A stretch of DNA of 41,966 nt, taken from positions 1 through 41,966 of the IMG/VR virus record IMGVR_UViG_3300037461_000435. The stretch is one strand, 5' to 3'. The notes beneath the pieces are model-generated. The model did no database searches and had not been told where the DNA came from. It saw nothing but the letters and a program-made list of their open reading frames with translations. This DNA comes from a virus. Lineage: Duplodnaviria; Caudoviricetes. How positions within the stretch are numbered: position 1 is the stretch's first letter; each line of letters opens with the position of its first letter. The translations under genes were made by a program, and so were the position numbers. Below, one piece after another: positions 28,336-36,037 of this stretch.

Positions 28336-28531
28336 CCTGGAGCAGATCCGCGCGGCCGCCGAGGAGGTGTTTGACCGGCGGCACCGGGGCAGCATGTCCC
28401 TGGCGCAGTTCAGGCTGGGGTTTTACGAGGGCGCGGATTTCATGCGCCGGTCACAGCGGATAACGGAACTGGAGGCGCGGCATGGCAAAGCCGGTCAAGA
28501 TACGGACGGCCTGTGTCAAATGCGGGATTGA
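28322..28531 (+). CDS. Hypothetical protein
   Basis: MLTFDLEQIRAAAEE...FRLGFYEGADF; tiles with neighbours. Confidence 0.5.
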   Translation: MLTFDLEQIRAAAEEVFDRRHRGSMSLAQFRLGFYEGADFMRRSQRITELEARHGKAGQDTDGLCQMRD

Positions 28532-28601
28532 GCTGGTCATCGAGGCCGACGACAAGAGCCCAGCGGCCAAGGTGGTCAAGTGTTCACGGTGCGGAAAATG
28601 A
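28482..28601 (+). CDS. Tiny zinc-ribbon protein (39 aa, not in ORF track)
   Basis: GGAGG RBS; CVKC...CSRC. Confidence 0.5.
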   Translation: MAKPVKIRTACVKCGIELVIEADDKSPAAKVVKCSRCGK

Positions 28602-28701
28602 CCCGGCACGATCTCGATGAACTGGAGCTGGTGTTCAAGGAGATCGAGGCGGTATTCGACAAGATCAAGCTGTTCGACGCGGCATATCATCTGGAGGAAC
28701 G

Positions 28702-29163
28702 ATGGCAAACGACATCAACAGGATCATCCTCATCGGGCGACTCGTTAAAGCGCCCGAGTTGAGATACACCCAGGCGGGGACGCCGGTGGCCAACTTTTCC
28801 CTGGCGAACAACCGGGAGTATACCGCCAACGGCGAGAAGAAGAAATACTCATCATTCATCAACTGCATCGCCTGGAACAAATTGGGCGAGATCATGGTCC
28901 AGTACTGCAAGAAGGGCCAGCGGGTGGCCATCGAGGGCCGGCTCCAGCAGCGGCAGTGGGAGGACAACACCGGGGCCCATCGGCAATCCGTGGAGGTGAT
29001 CGTGGACAATTTCCAGTTCCTCACGGACAAGAAAGCCGAGGGCGACCAACCGACAGAGGACCGGCCCGCGGAACCGCGGCCGCCGATCCTGGAGGGCGAG
29101 GACGTAAGCGGCCAGGCGCCGGACTTCGACGGCGCACTGCCGGTTGATGATATACCGTTTTAA
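28702..29163 (+). CDS. ssb: Single-stranded DNA-binding protein
   Basis: INRIILIGRL, PELRYT, KGQRVAIEGRLQ, acidic DDIPF tail. Confidence 0.96.
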   Translation: MANDINRIILIGRLVKAPELRYTQAGTPVANFSLANNREYTANGEKKKYSSFINCIAWNKLGEIMVQYCKKGQRVAIEGRLQQRQWEDNTGAHRQSVEVIVDNFQFLTDKKAEGDQPTEDRPAEPRPPILEGEDVSGQAPDFDGALPVDDIPF

Positions 29164-29351
29164 GGAAGCCAGACCTCCTGAGGCAACCATCACATGCGAG
29201 CGAGCCAGTAACAAAGAGAAAACCACTGTAACAGAGCGAGCCAGGGACGGGAAGGAAACCACGAAAGGAGAGCGGGCCATGGGAAGAAAGGAACCCACGA
29301 AGGACAAGCGGGCCAGAAGCGGGGAGAAAACCATGTCGGAAGAGCGAGCAC
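29163..29351 (+). ncRNA. TIGR-type dual-repeat guide RNA array 1 (5 x 36 nt)
   Basis: CCA every 18 nt (29169, 29187 ... 29331); alternating AGCG(A/G)GCCA and AG(G/A)AAACCA repeats separated by variable ~9-nt spacers. Confidence 0.88.
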
Positions 29352-29390
29352 TTAAAAACCCCGATGGGGTATAACAATAGGAGGTTACCG

Positions 29391-30068
29391 ATGGTAACAA
29401 AACAAGTCAAGGCGATTGAGTTGGTGTTTGATTGGAACCTGTGGCCGCGGCATGAGGTTGGCCAGTTGGATTCCACAAATCTGGCGCGCATGCGGCAGGC
29501 GATATTGGCGGGAATAAAACTGCCCCCGGTGATCGTCAACCAGCATGACAACCGTATTATCGATGGCATGCACCGCACGAAGGTCATGCTAAGTTTGTAC
29601 GGCGACGATGCCATGATCGAGGTGCTGTATAAGCAGTATGAGAGCGAGGCCGAGATGTTTATCGACGCGGCCAGGATAAATAATCAGCACGGTCTGCCCT
29701 TGTCGCCCAAGGATCGGGTGCACGTATTTTTAAAGGCCCGAAAGATGAGGATTCCCATCCCGGCCATTGCCGAGGCCCTGGGCATGGAGGTAGAGGCAAC
29801 CAAAAAGTTCATTGAGGACAGGATCGCGACAAGCAAGTCCGGCGAGAAAATTCCACTGCCGGGCGGGGCGCACAATCTGAAGGGGAAGGTGCTCACCAAG
29901 AAACAGGAGGAGTACGTCAAATCATGCCCCGGCACAAGCGCCCAGCTGTATGCCCGGCTCCTGCTGAATGCGCTGAACGCCGACGCGGTGATTTTCAATG
30001 ACAAGGTAGTGGCGGCATTAAAGGACCTCAAGATCAAGATTGAGATCATTCTTGCGGAGGTGGCGTGA
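29391..30068 (+). CDS. ParB/Srx-like N-terminal domain protein with HTH, coupled to tasA
   Basis: LPPVIV...IIDGMHR, NNQHGLPLS, IAEALGM; AGGAGG RBS; stop overlaps the next start. Confidence 0.82.
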   Translation: MVTKQVKAIELVFDWNLWPRHEVGQLDSTNLARMRQAILAGIKLPPVIVNQHDNRIIDGMHRTKVMLSLYGDDAMIEVLYKQYESEAEMFIDAARINNQHGLPLSPKDRVHVFLKARKMRIPIPAIAEALGMEVEATKKFIEDRIATSKSGEKIPLPGGAHNLKGKVLTKKQEEYVKSCPGTSAQLYARLLLNALNADAVIFNDKVVAALKDLKIKIEIILAEVA

Positions 30069-30775
30069 TGGAAGAACGGAAAAAGCAATCACTGCACATT
30101 CTTACGCGCGCCTACTATGACTATCAGCGCGAGCGGATGTCACTGGACGGACAGATCGGCCGCAAGAAGAACGGCGAATTAAAGAAAGGTGTACCGGAAC
30201 GCGAGGAGGAGCTGTTACTGTTGTTGATGGAGCGCCGCGAGGCCGTGGCGGAAATGGAAAACCAGCTCCTGAAAGAGATCGCCAAGGAGGTGCATCTGTA
30301 TCCGCTCTGGAAGGAATTTCTGGAGCACGTGCTGGGCTGCGGGGAGGGCATGGCCGCGGTGATCATGACCCAGTTTGACATCACCAAGGCGCCGACCGTC
30401 TCCAATCTGTGGAGCTTTGCCGGACTCGCCCCCGGCAAGGACCGCAAGGTCAAGGGCCAGAGATGCCCATTCAATCAGTTCTTGCGGGCCAAACTGTGCG
30501 GGGTGCTTGGTTCCGGGTTCCTGAAGGCCAACAGCCCGTATCGTGAATATTACGACAACATGAAAAACCGGCTGGAATCCGAGGACTGGGGAACGGCAAG
30601 CAAGAACCCGACGGACAAGAAACGCCCGAAGGCGGGGCACCAGCACAAGGCGGCGACGCGGTACATGGTCAAGATGTTTCTGAAAGACCTCTATGTCGCC
30701 TGGCGCACGCTGGAGGGATTGCCCGTGCGCCCTCCCTACCATGAGGAATATCTGGGTAAACGCCATTCGGCATAA
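30065..30775 (+). CDS. tasA: TasA-like Nop-domain RNA-binding protein (IS110-related, no nuclease domain)
   Basis: Coiled coil plus VLGCGEGMAAVIM, SNLWSFAGL, YREYYD and HKAATRYMVKMFLKDL; no DEDD/RuvC or HNH domain; flanked by two 36-nt arrays. Confidence 0.85.
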   Translation: MMEERKKQSLHILTRAYYDYQRERMSLDGQIGRKKNGELKKGVPEREEELLLLLMERREAVAEMENQLLKEIAKEVHLYPLWKEFLEHVLGCGEGMAAVIMTQFDITKAPTVSNLWSFAGLAPGKDRKVKGQRCPFNQFLRAKLCGVLGSGFLKANSPYREYYDNMKNRLESEDWGTASKNPTDKKRPKAGHQHKAATRYMVKMFLKDLYVAWRTLEGLPVRPPYHEEYLGKRHSA

Positions 30776-30779
30776 GGAG

Positions 30780-30968
30780 AGCGAGCCATTAGTGGTAAGG
30801 AAACCATTAAGGATGAGCGAGCCATTTACGGTGAGGAAACCATGTATCATGAGCGGGCCAGAATACTGGAGGAAACCATTGACCGTGAGCGAGCCGATCG
30901 CCGTGAGGAAACCACAATCTTCGAGCGGGCCATTGCGACGGAGAAATCCAACTACCAGGAGCGCATCA
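30780..30968 (+). ncRNA. TIGR-type dual-repeat guide RNA array 2 (5 x 36 nt)
   Basis: CC(A/G) every 18 nt (30786 ... 30948); same two alternating repeats as array 1 with different spacers; starts 5 nt after the tasA stop. Confidence 0.9.
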
Positions 30969-31129
30969 GAACGCTGGACAAAATGAGCCAGCGGGCGGCC
31001 GGCAGAGAATGAAGGTGGTTCATTGCCACCCCGGCCACATCGCCGCGGCAGACCTTTGGCTCACGCGGCGAAAGTAGAAGTAGTGTATTTTTCCACCCTC
31101 GGATGCGGGGAAACATCCGGGGGCCCTTT

Positions 31130-31209
31130 GCCGGTTCAGGCGAGCTGATCGTCAATAACCTTTCCCGGGTGTTGATGGTAAGGCGGGGGTTCGATTCCCC
31201 TGGCCGGCA
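31130..31209 (+). ncRNA. tRNA-like element (acceptor stem and T arm, non-canonical middle)
   Basis: GCCGGTT/GGCCGGC acceptor stem; GGGGG-TTCGATT-CCCCT T arm; discriminator A; the anticodon stem does not pair canonically. Confidence 0.5.
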
Positions 31210-31234
31210 CAGAATACATACAGGAGGAGGCGGC

Positions 31235-31411
31235 ATGAAAAACGTAAGTTTAGCGGTTGACGGGGATCTGCTCACCATCACCTGCGACCTTTCAAAGCGG
31301 TATGGTAAAAGCTCATCGGGGAAGACCATTATCATCGCCAGCACCGAGGGCAATGTGTCGGTCCCTGAATCGGACGCGAAAATCGGGCTGAATATCTATG
31401 TGAAGGAGTAA
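31235..31411 (+). CDS. Small hypothetical protein
   Basis: AGGAGGAGG RBS; LTITCDLSKRYGKSSSGKTIIIASTEGN. Confidence 0.75.
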   Translation: MKNVSLAVDGDLLTITCDLSKRYGKSSSGKTIIIASTEGNVSVPESDAKIGLNIYVKE

Positions 31412-31425
31412 ACCGGGAGGAGCGT

Positions 31426-31635
31426 ATGGCAACGATAGATCCATCAATCGAAGTATACACATTCAACGTAAACCTCAGGGATTACCTGGCGGCCCAGGCG
31501 ATGATGGGCATGTTGGCAAGCGGCTATTTTCCCCGCGGCGGGTATAAGGACGGCTATGCGGAAGGCGCGGCTGAATCCTACAAGATAGCCGACGCGATGC
31601 TGGCGGCAAGAGGAGACAACAATGAAGCTGAGTAA
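31426..31635 (+). CDS. Small phage protein
   Basis: LRDYLAAQAM...SYKIADAMLAAR, a motif common in phage early genes. Confidence 0.75.
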   Translation: MATIDPSIEVYTFNVNLRDYLAAQAMMGMLASGYFPRGGYKDGYAEGAAESYKIADAMLAARGDNNEAE

Positions 31636-32305
31636 CATCCAGCAGGTGGCCGTGGGGCGCCTGAAATTCAACACCATCAACCAGAAGTATTTCAAGGAGG
31701 AGGGCGGCCGCGAGCTCACGGCGCTGGAGAAGGACATCAAGGCCCGCGGGATCCAGGTGCCGCTTATCGCCAAGAAGGACGGCACGCTCCTGGCCGGCCA
31801 TCGCCGGCTCCTCATTGCCAGAAAGCTGCGCTTGAAAAAGGTCCCGGTCCAGTTTGTGGCCGGCAAGATGAGTAAGTCCGAGGAAAAGAAGTACATCATC
31901 AAGGACAACCTCCTGCGCCGCCATCTGTCATTCGAGCAGCGCCAGGCATTGTATAAGACGGCGATCCGCGATCTACCCCATCGGATCCTCATCAAGAATA
32001 GCTCCATGGGCATCACCGAGGAGGACCTCATGGAGGAGACCGGGCTGGACAGGTCCACGGTCAAGCGCGACCTGAACCGCATGCGGCGGGCCCGCGAGCG
32101 CGAGGTATTGCCCCAACTGGATATCAAGGTGGTCAACACCAAGGAGGTGCTGAAACTCAAAAAGGCCCTGGCGGCCATGATGAACGTCGCCCGCTGGGAC
32201 AACGAGCTCACCATCGCGGCATTCATGGAGCTCCTGCGGTCGGCCATGAGCGACCTGGAAGTAAAGACCAGACTGCAACAGGGAGCGGCAAAGCGGCTGA
32301 CGTAA
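31622..32305 (+). CDS. Second ParB/Srx-like domain protein with HTH
   Basis: DIKARGIQVPLI, LLAGHRRL, DNLLRRHLS, ETGLDRSTVKRDL. Confidence 0.85.
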   Translation: MKLSNIQQVAVGRLKFNTINQKYFKEEGGRELTALEKDIKARGIQVPLIAKKDGTLLAGHRRLLIARKLRLKKVPVQFVAGKMSKSEEKKYIIKDNLLRRHLSFEQRQALYKTAIRDLPHRILIKNSSMGITEEDLMEETGLDRSTVKRDLNRMRRAREREVLPQLDIKVVNTKEVLKLKKALAAMMNVARWDNELTIAAFMELLRSAMSDLEVKTRLQQGAAKRLT

Positions 32306-32327
32306 ACACGTAAACACGTAAACACGT
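32300..32327. repeat. Tandem 8-mer ACGTAAAC x3 (+ACGT) upstream of the replication gene
   Basis: Directly visible perfect repeats at 32300-32323. Confidence 0.85.
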
Positions 32328-32356
32328 GAAAAACAACCTGGCAGAGGGTGTGGTGC

Positions 32357-33190
32357 ATGTCAGATATTAAATGGATCAAAATATCAACCAACATTTTCGA
32401 TGATGAAAAAATCAAGCTCATCGAAAACCTGCCGGAGGGGGACACCATCCTGATTATATGGATTAAGCTCCTGGTGTTAGCCGGGCGATGCAACCAGTGC
32501 GGGCTTATCTATATCGCCCGAGATATACCCTATGATGAAATGACGCTGACTACGATTTTAAACAGGCCATCGGCAACCGTAAAATTGGCCATTGAGACGT
32601 TTATTAGATTCGGAATGATCGAGATAATGAATGAGAAGCTGGCAATCATCAACTGGGAGAAACATCAGAACCTTGATGGATTGGAACTCATGCGGGAACA
32701 AAGCAAAATGAGGATGAGAAAGTACCGCGAGAAACGAAAATTGCTATGTGACGCAACCGTTACGCAACCGTTACCCAAGGTTACGCAGGAGAATAAGAGT
32801 AATAATAAGAATAAGAATAAGAATAAGAAAGAAAATAGCGCGTCGCGCTTTACCCATGAATCTGTTCGTGCTTGGTTCACGGACAATAATACAAATTATT
32901 ACCATGATGCAAAACAAGCCGCATGCATCAACAAGCTGATTAGCAAGGCCGCCGGCTTGGGACATGATCCTCTTGATATTGCTGTTAGGTTTAAGCATAT
33001 CATAGAAAGCGGTGATAAATTTTGGTGTCAACAACCGCTTACACCGGCGCGAACGCTCGCCAATTATGACGCCATCGTATCTCATAAAGACATAAAAAGT
33101 ACCAACTATAGAACCAAAAATGCTTTTTTGGAAAGTCTTACACCAGAGGAACAGGAGGCAATGGTCGGCGATAGGAGGTTCATAGAATGA
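32357..33190 (+). CDS. Replisome organizer / replication initiator
   Basis: WIKISTNIFDDEKIKLIE...IWIKLLVLAG...INWEKHQN N-terminal domain. Confidence 0.9.
   Translation: MSDIKWIKISTNIFDDEKIKLIENLPEGDTILIIWIKLLVLAGRCNQCGLIYIARDIPYDEMTLTTILNRPSATVKLAIETFIRFGMIEIMNEKLAIINWEKHQNLDGLELMREQSKMRMRKYREKRKLLCDATVTQPLPKVTQENKSNNKNKNKNKKENSASRFTHESVRAWFTDNNTNYYHDAKQAACINKLISKAAGLGHDPLDIAVRFKHIIESGDKFWCQQPLTPARTLANYDAIVSHKDIKSTNYRTKNAFLESLTPEEQEAMVGDRRFIE
32748..32837. other. Probable replication origin inside the initiator gene
   Basis: Four iteron-like GTTACGCAACC variants (32748-32789) followed by AT-rich AAGAAT repeats, as in lambda O. Confidence 0.7.
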
Positions 33191-33750
33191 CACATGAGCA
33201 ATGTACCGCGAAGTTAGCCGCATACTACAAGGAACCCATGCGTGAAATAGTATCACTTGATGAAGCTGGCCACCAAAAGACCATTCCAAATCTAAGGGTT
33301 AAAGAAAATCATGCATGGATGATTCGGAACATACATGCTGATTCACTTGATAGGTTTTATAATAATGTGATAGCAAACTTTAAGCCAACATCAACCGTTC
33401 CATATCCCCTGGTATCCGACCTGGAATATATAAGCAGAAGCGGCTATGTGCCGGAGCGGATAGGGAAAGACGACAACCTCACGATGGAAAACATGATGAT
33501 CGAATATCAAAAGGTAAACGAAATTCCAAAAGACGCGTCGCCCCCGAAAGGAATTACCATTGGCGAAATCTATGATGAAGTAAAGAAGCATGATGCAGAC
33601 AACAATCATATCATAAATAAATATGGAATTAACGGTGCATTAAAAGCGTGGGCTCTTTTCCGTGAGATAAACAACGGCACACAGATACAACGTGAAATGC
33701 TATTTGATAATTGGAAATATTACTTAGATGAAAGGAGGTCAGGATGCTGA
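33187..33750 (+). CDS. Hypothetical protein in the helicase-loader position
   Basis: ATGA coupling to the initiator; no Walker motif seen. Confidence 0.6.
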   Translation: MTHEQCTAKLAAYYKEPMREIVSLDEAGHQKTIPNLRVKENHAWMIRNIHADSLDRFYNNVIANFKPTSTVPYPLVSDLEYISRSGYVPERIGKDDNLTMENMMIEYQKVNEIPKDASPPKGITIGEIYDEVKKHDADNNHIINKYGINGALKAWALFREINNGTQIQREMLFDNWKYYLDERRSGC

Positions 33751-33926
33751 CAGGTGTAGTGGTAACATGCGATAAATGCGGCACCAACGTGTTGTTGAAG
33801 GTCGAGGATTTTGGGGTGGAATATGTCGAGGACTGGGCCCTGGTGCGCAACCGCTATATGTGCGGCCATTGTGTCAAGACGATGGCCATGGCCGATGAAC
33901 TGCGCAAGGAGGCCAGCGGTGAGTGA
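33744..33926 (+). CDS. Small zinc-finger protein
   Basis: CDKC...CGHC; AGGAGG RBS. Confidence 0.6.
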   Translation: MLTGVVVTCDKCGTNVLLKVEDFGVEYVEDWALVRNRYMCGHCVKTMAMADELRKEASGE

Positions 33927-34197
33927 CATGATCGTCAGGGACCAGATCGGCCAGGTGCTCGATGGGGTGCGCGACATCCTCTACGAGAAAAACAGCCGCT
34001 ATGGCAACAGCGCCCTGCAGCCCCTGCGGGTGTTTTCCAAAGCCGGCGCCGAGGAGCAGATCCTGGTCAGGCTGGACGATAAATTGAGCCGGGTGGCCCA
34101 GGGCGAGCTGCGCCGCAACGACGTGGTGGACCTGATCGGGTACCTTGTATTACTCATGGTGGCCCGCCACTGGGACGCCGCGGGCCTCATTGATTAA
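33919..34197 (+). CDS. Nucleotide-modification-associated domain protein (DUF1599-like)
   Basis: EKNSRYGNS...VRLDDKLSR...DLIGYLVL. Confidence 0.7.
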   Translation: MSDMIVRDQIGQVLDGVRDILYEKNSRYGNSALQPLRVFSKAGAEEQILVRLDDKLSRVAQGELRRNDVVDLIGYLVLLMVARHWDAAGLID

Positions 34198-34207
34198 GGA
34201 GGACGGC

Positions 34208-34477
34208 ATGACGGCATATCACATATTCAGGAAAACGATCCGGCGCCACCAGGAAGACCGCGCGCCCATCACCTTTGACGATTATGTCAAATTGCATGAG
34301 GCATATCAGCGCGAACAGGCGGAGATGTATGACGCGATCACCAAAACCAAGAACGATCTGCATGAGGTGATGAACCGGATCTACATGATGATGCCGGTCA
34401 CCTGCCCGCATTGCGGGGAGCGCCATAAACAATCGGCCATTGGCTGCCCGGCGTGCGAATTCGATCCGAGGAACTGA
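34208..34477 (+). CDS. Hypothetical protein with C-terminal zinc ribbon
   Basis: AAGGAGG RBS; CPHC...CPAC. Confidence 0.65.
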   Translation: MTAYHIFRKTIRRHQEDRAPITFDDYVKLHEAYQREQAEMYDAITKTKNDLHEVMNRIYMMMPVTCPHCGERHKQSAIGCPACEFDPRN

Positions 34478-34479
34478 CC

Positions 34480-34650
34480 ATGAAACGGTGGATGATTGAC
34501 GCGATCTTGATTGGGGCCCTGCTGGCCTGCATCGTACAGCTAATAGAAATCCGCATGCAGACGGCCCGCATCCAGTCGATGATGTACGACCTGGACACGG
34601 AGATCACGCGCGGGGCCATGACGGGCAAGGTTGGGGAGCGCGTCCAATGA
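34480..34650 (+). CDS. Small membrane protein
   Basis: MKRWMIDAILIGALLACIVQL; GAGGA RBS. Confidence 0.5.
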   Translation: MKRWMIDAILIGALLACIVQLIEIRMQTARIQSMMYDLDTEITRGAMTGKVGERVQ

Positions 34651-34735
34651 TGACCGCGGCCATCATCCTGGGGATCCTGGCGGTATCGCTGGCGGTCACC
34701 CTGGCCATTGGAGCATTTATCGGGGAGGGAATGAA

Positions 34736-35002
34736 ATGAGCATTATGTGGGTATTGACGGCCATATCGATCACGGGGGTGATCCTGAATATTCAGAAAAA
34801 CCGCTGGTGCTTCATTCTCTGGTCGGTCACCAACACCAGCTGGATGGTGATCGATTGGTATCATGGATTGTATGCCCAGGCCGCGCTCTTCGCCTTCAAC
34901 CTCGCCACCTGTTTGTGGGGCCTCTGGCATTGGCGGGACCGCGGGGTGGGCAACGATGAGATGATCTGGCGCTTCCGGGAACGGCTCAGGAGGGGGGAAT
35001 GA
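34736..35002 (+). CDS. Three-helix PnuC-like membrane protein
   Basis: GVILNIQKNRWCFILWSVTN...GLYAQAAL...GLWHW; about half the size of PnuC. Confidence 0.65.
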   Translation: MSIMWVLTAISITGVILNIQKNRWCFILWSVTNTSWMVIDWYHGLYAQAALFAFNLATCLWGLWHWRDRGVGNDEMIWRFRERLRRGE

Positions 35003-35346
35003 TGAAGCTCCTGTTTAATCAACGGGTCCGCGCGGCCCTCGATCGATTTTATAATCGCGGCTGGAAGGATGCGGTAAAGATCAAGAACAAGGAGATCGAG
35101 GACGTGATGGCCCGCATGGGCGCAGAGATCGAACAGGCCCGCGAGCACCAGCTGGAGCATGATCAGATCATCATGGGCGAGCTGCGCCAGGAGATCACCC
35201 GGCTGGCCGAGGAGAACAAGGCTCTGCGCAACGCCTACAAGGACTATATCGACGCGAAGATCAGCCAGGAGGTCGACAATGTGACCTATCTGCATGATCG
35301 GCGCGAACCGAGGATCACCCGCGGGATGTTCGGGGGGAAGAGATGA
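34999..35346 (+). CDS. Coiled-coil hypothetical protein
   Basis: ATGA coupling; heptad pattern. Confidence 0.6.
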   Translation: MMKLLFNQRVRAALDRFYNRGWKDAVKIKNKEIEDVMARMGAEIEQAREHQLEHDQIIMGELRQEITRLAEENKALRNAYKDYIDAKISQEVDNVTYLHDRREPRITRGMFGGKR

Positions 35347-35564
35347 AAAGATATACGGTAATTCCAGATGATTGTGGGCATCTTGTTCCAGCAGAGAACA
35401 CGCATGGAATGTTTGTATTACACTCAGATGTTGAACCTCGTCTCGCTCTCATGCGGGAGATGGTGGGATTACTGAAAATTCCTCCGTGGGATCGTTATAT
35501 CGAGTGGGAAAAGAAACGGTTAGACATCCTCACATGCTACGAAGAGATGAAGGAGAAGAAATGA
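35343..35564 (+). CDS. Hypothetical phage protein
   Basis: ATGA couplings at both ends; HGMFVLHSDV. Confidence 0.6.
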   Translation: MKRYTVIPDDCGHLVPAENTHGMFVLHSDVEPRLALMREMVGLLKIPPWDRYIEWEKKRLDILTCYEEMKEKK

Positions 35565-35824
35565 CCTACGCCGTGGGCTACCATCCCAACCTTGATGACT
35601 GGGACGCCGACAGCGTATCCTTCTTCGACACCGAGGAGGAGGCCCGGCACGCCTATGATGAGATCAAGGCCGTCATTCAGCATACCGAGCGCGGCCGCTG
35701 GTGGATTGAGCTGTATATCTGCGGCGAGGACACGGACGCGGTAACGCTCCAGGAGGAGCGCGGTGACGGCGGGTACCCCATGACAAATACTGTCAGGGAT
35801 GATCAGATGCGGCTGTTTGTATGA
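35561..35824 (+). CDS. Hypothetical protein
   Basis: AAGGAG RBS; ATGA coupling. Confidence 0.55.
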   Translation: MTYAVGYHPNLDDWDADSVSFFDTEEEARHAYDEIKAVIQHTERGRWWIELYICGEDTDAVTLQEERGDGGYPMTNTVRDDQMRLFV

Positions 35825-35837
35825 GTGCGCGAATTGA

Positions 35838-36037
35838 ATATAACATATCCCGGCATAAACGCCGTCGGAGGGACAGCAATGAGCATTAAAGATGCAATAG
35901 TTAAGCGAGGATATGCGGAAGGTGAATATTTTCACAAGTGTAAAACGTGCGGGAAAGAATTTGTTGCCGACAAACGAGCGTGGAATTGTTTTGATTGTGC
36001 CTGCAAAAAGGCCGATGGCGATTATGCCGTGTTAGGC
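35838..36037 (+). other. Long attC-like site whose loop contains coding sequence
   Basis: ATATAAC (35838-35844) ... GTTAGGC (36031-36037), with arms 35851-35868 and 36012-36029 that are 16/18 reverse-complementary. Confidence 0.6.

Noticed and set aside
29144-29374. 76-aa ORF with 12-residue periodicity (and the similar ORF at 30693-30986)
   Set aside because: The periodicity is a by-product of 36-nt units staying in frame; both ORFs overlap real genes and lack a good RBS.
30065-30775. IS110/IS116 transposase or degenerate insertion sequence
   Set aside because: It lacks the N-terminal DEDD RuvC domain and the SG catalytic serine after GLAP. The ORF is intact, coupled to the upstream gene and flanked by guide-like arrays.
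29163-30968. CRISPR array interpretation of the periodic repeats
   Set aside because: The repeats are only ~9-10 nt, of two alternating types, with ~9-nt spacers, and there are no cas genes. The geometry fits TIGR, not CRISPR.
31130-31209. Functional tRNA-Glu(TTC) gene
   Set aside because: The anticodon stem does not pair in the canonical register, position 8 is not U, the D loop lacks GG and position 37 is not a purine. Kept only as tRNA-like.
32790-32837. AAGAAT microsatellite as a contingency locus
   Set aside because: It encodes the NKNKNK linker typical of phage initiators and sits next to iterons, so it is better explained as the AT-rich part of the origin.
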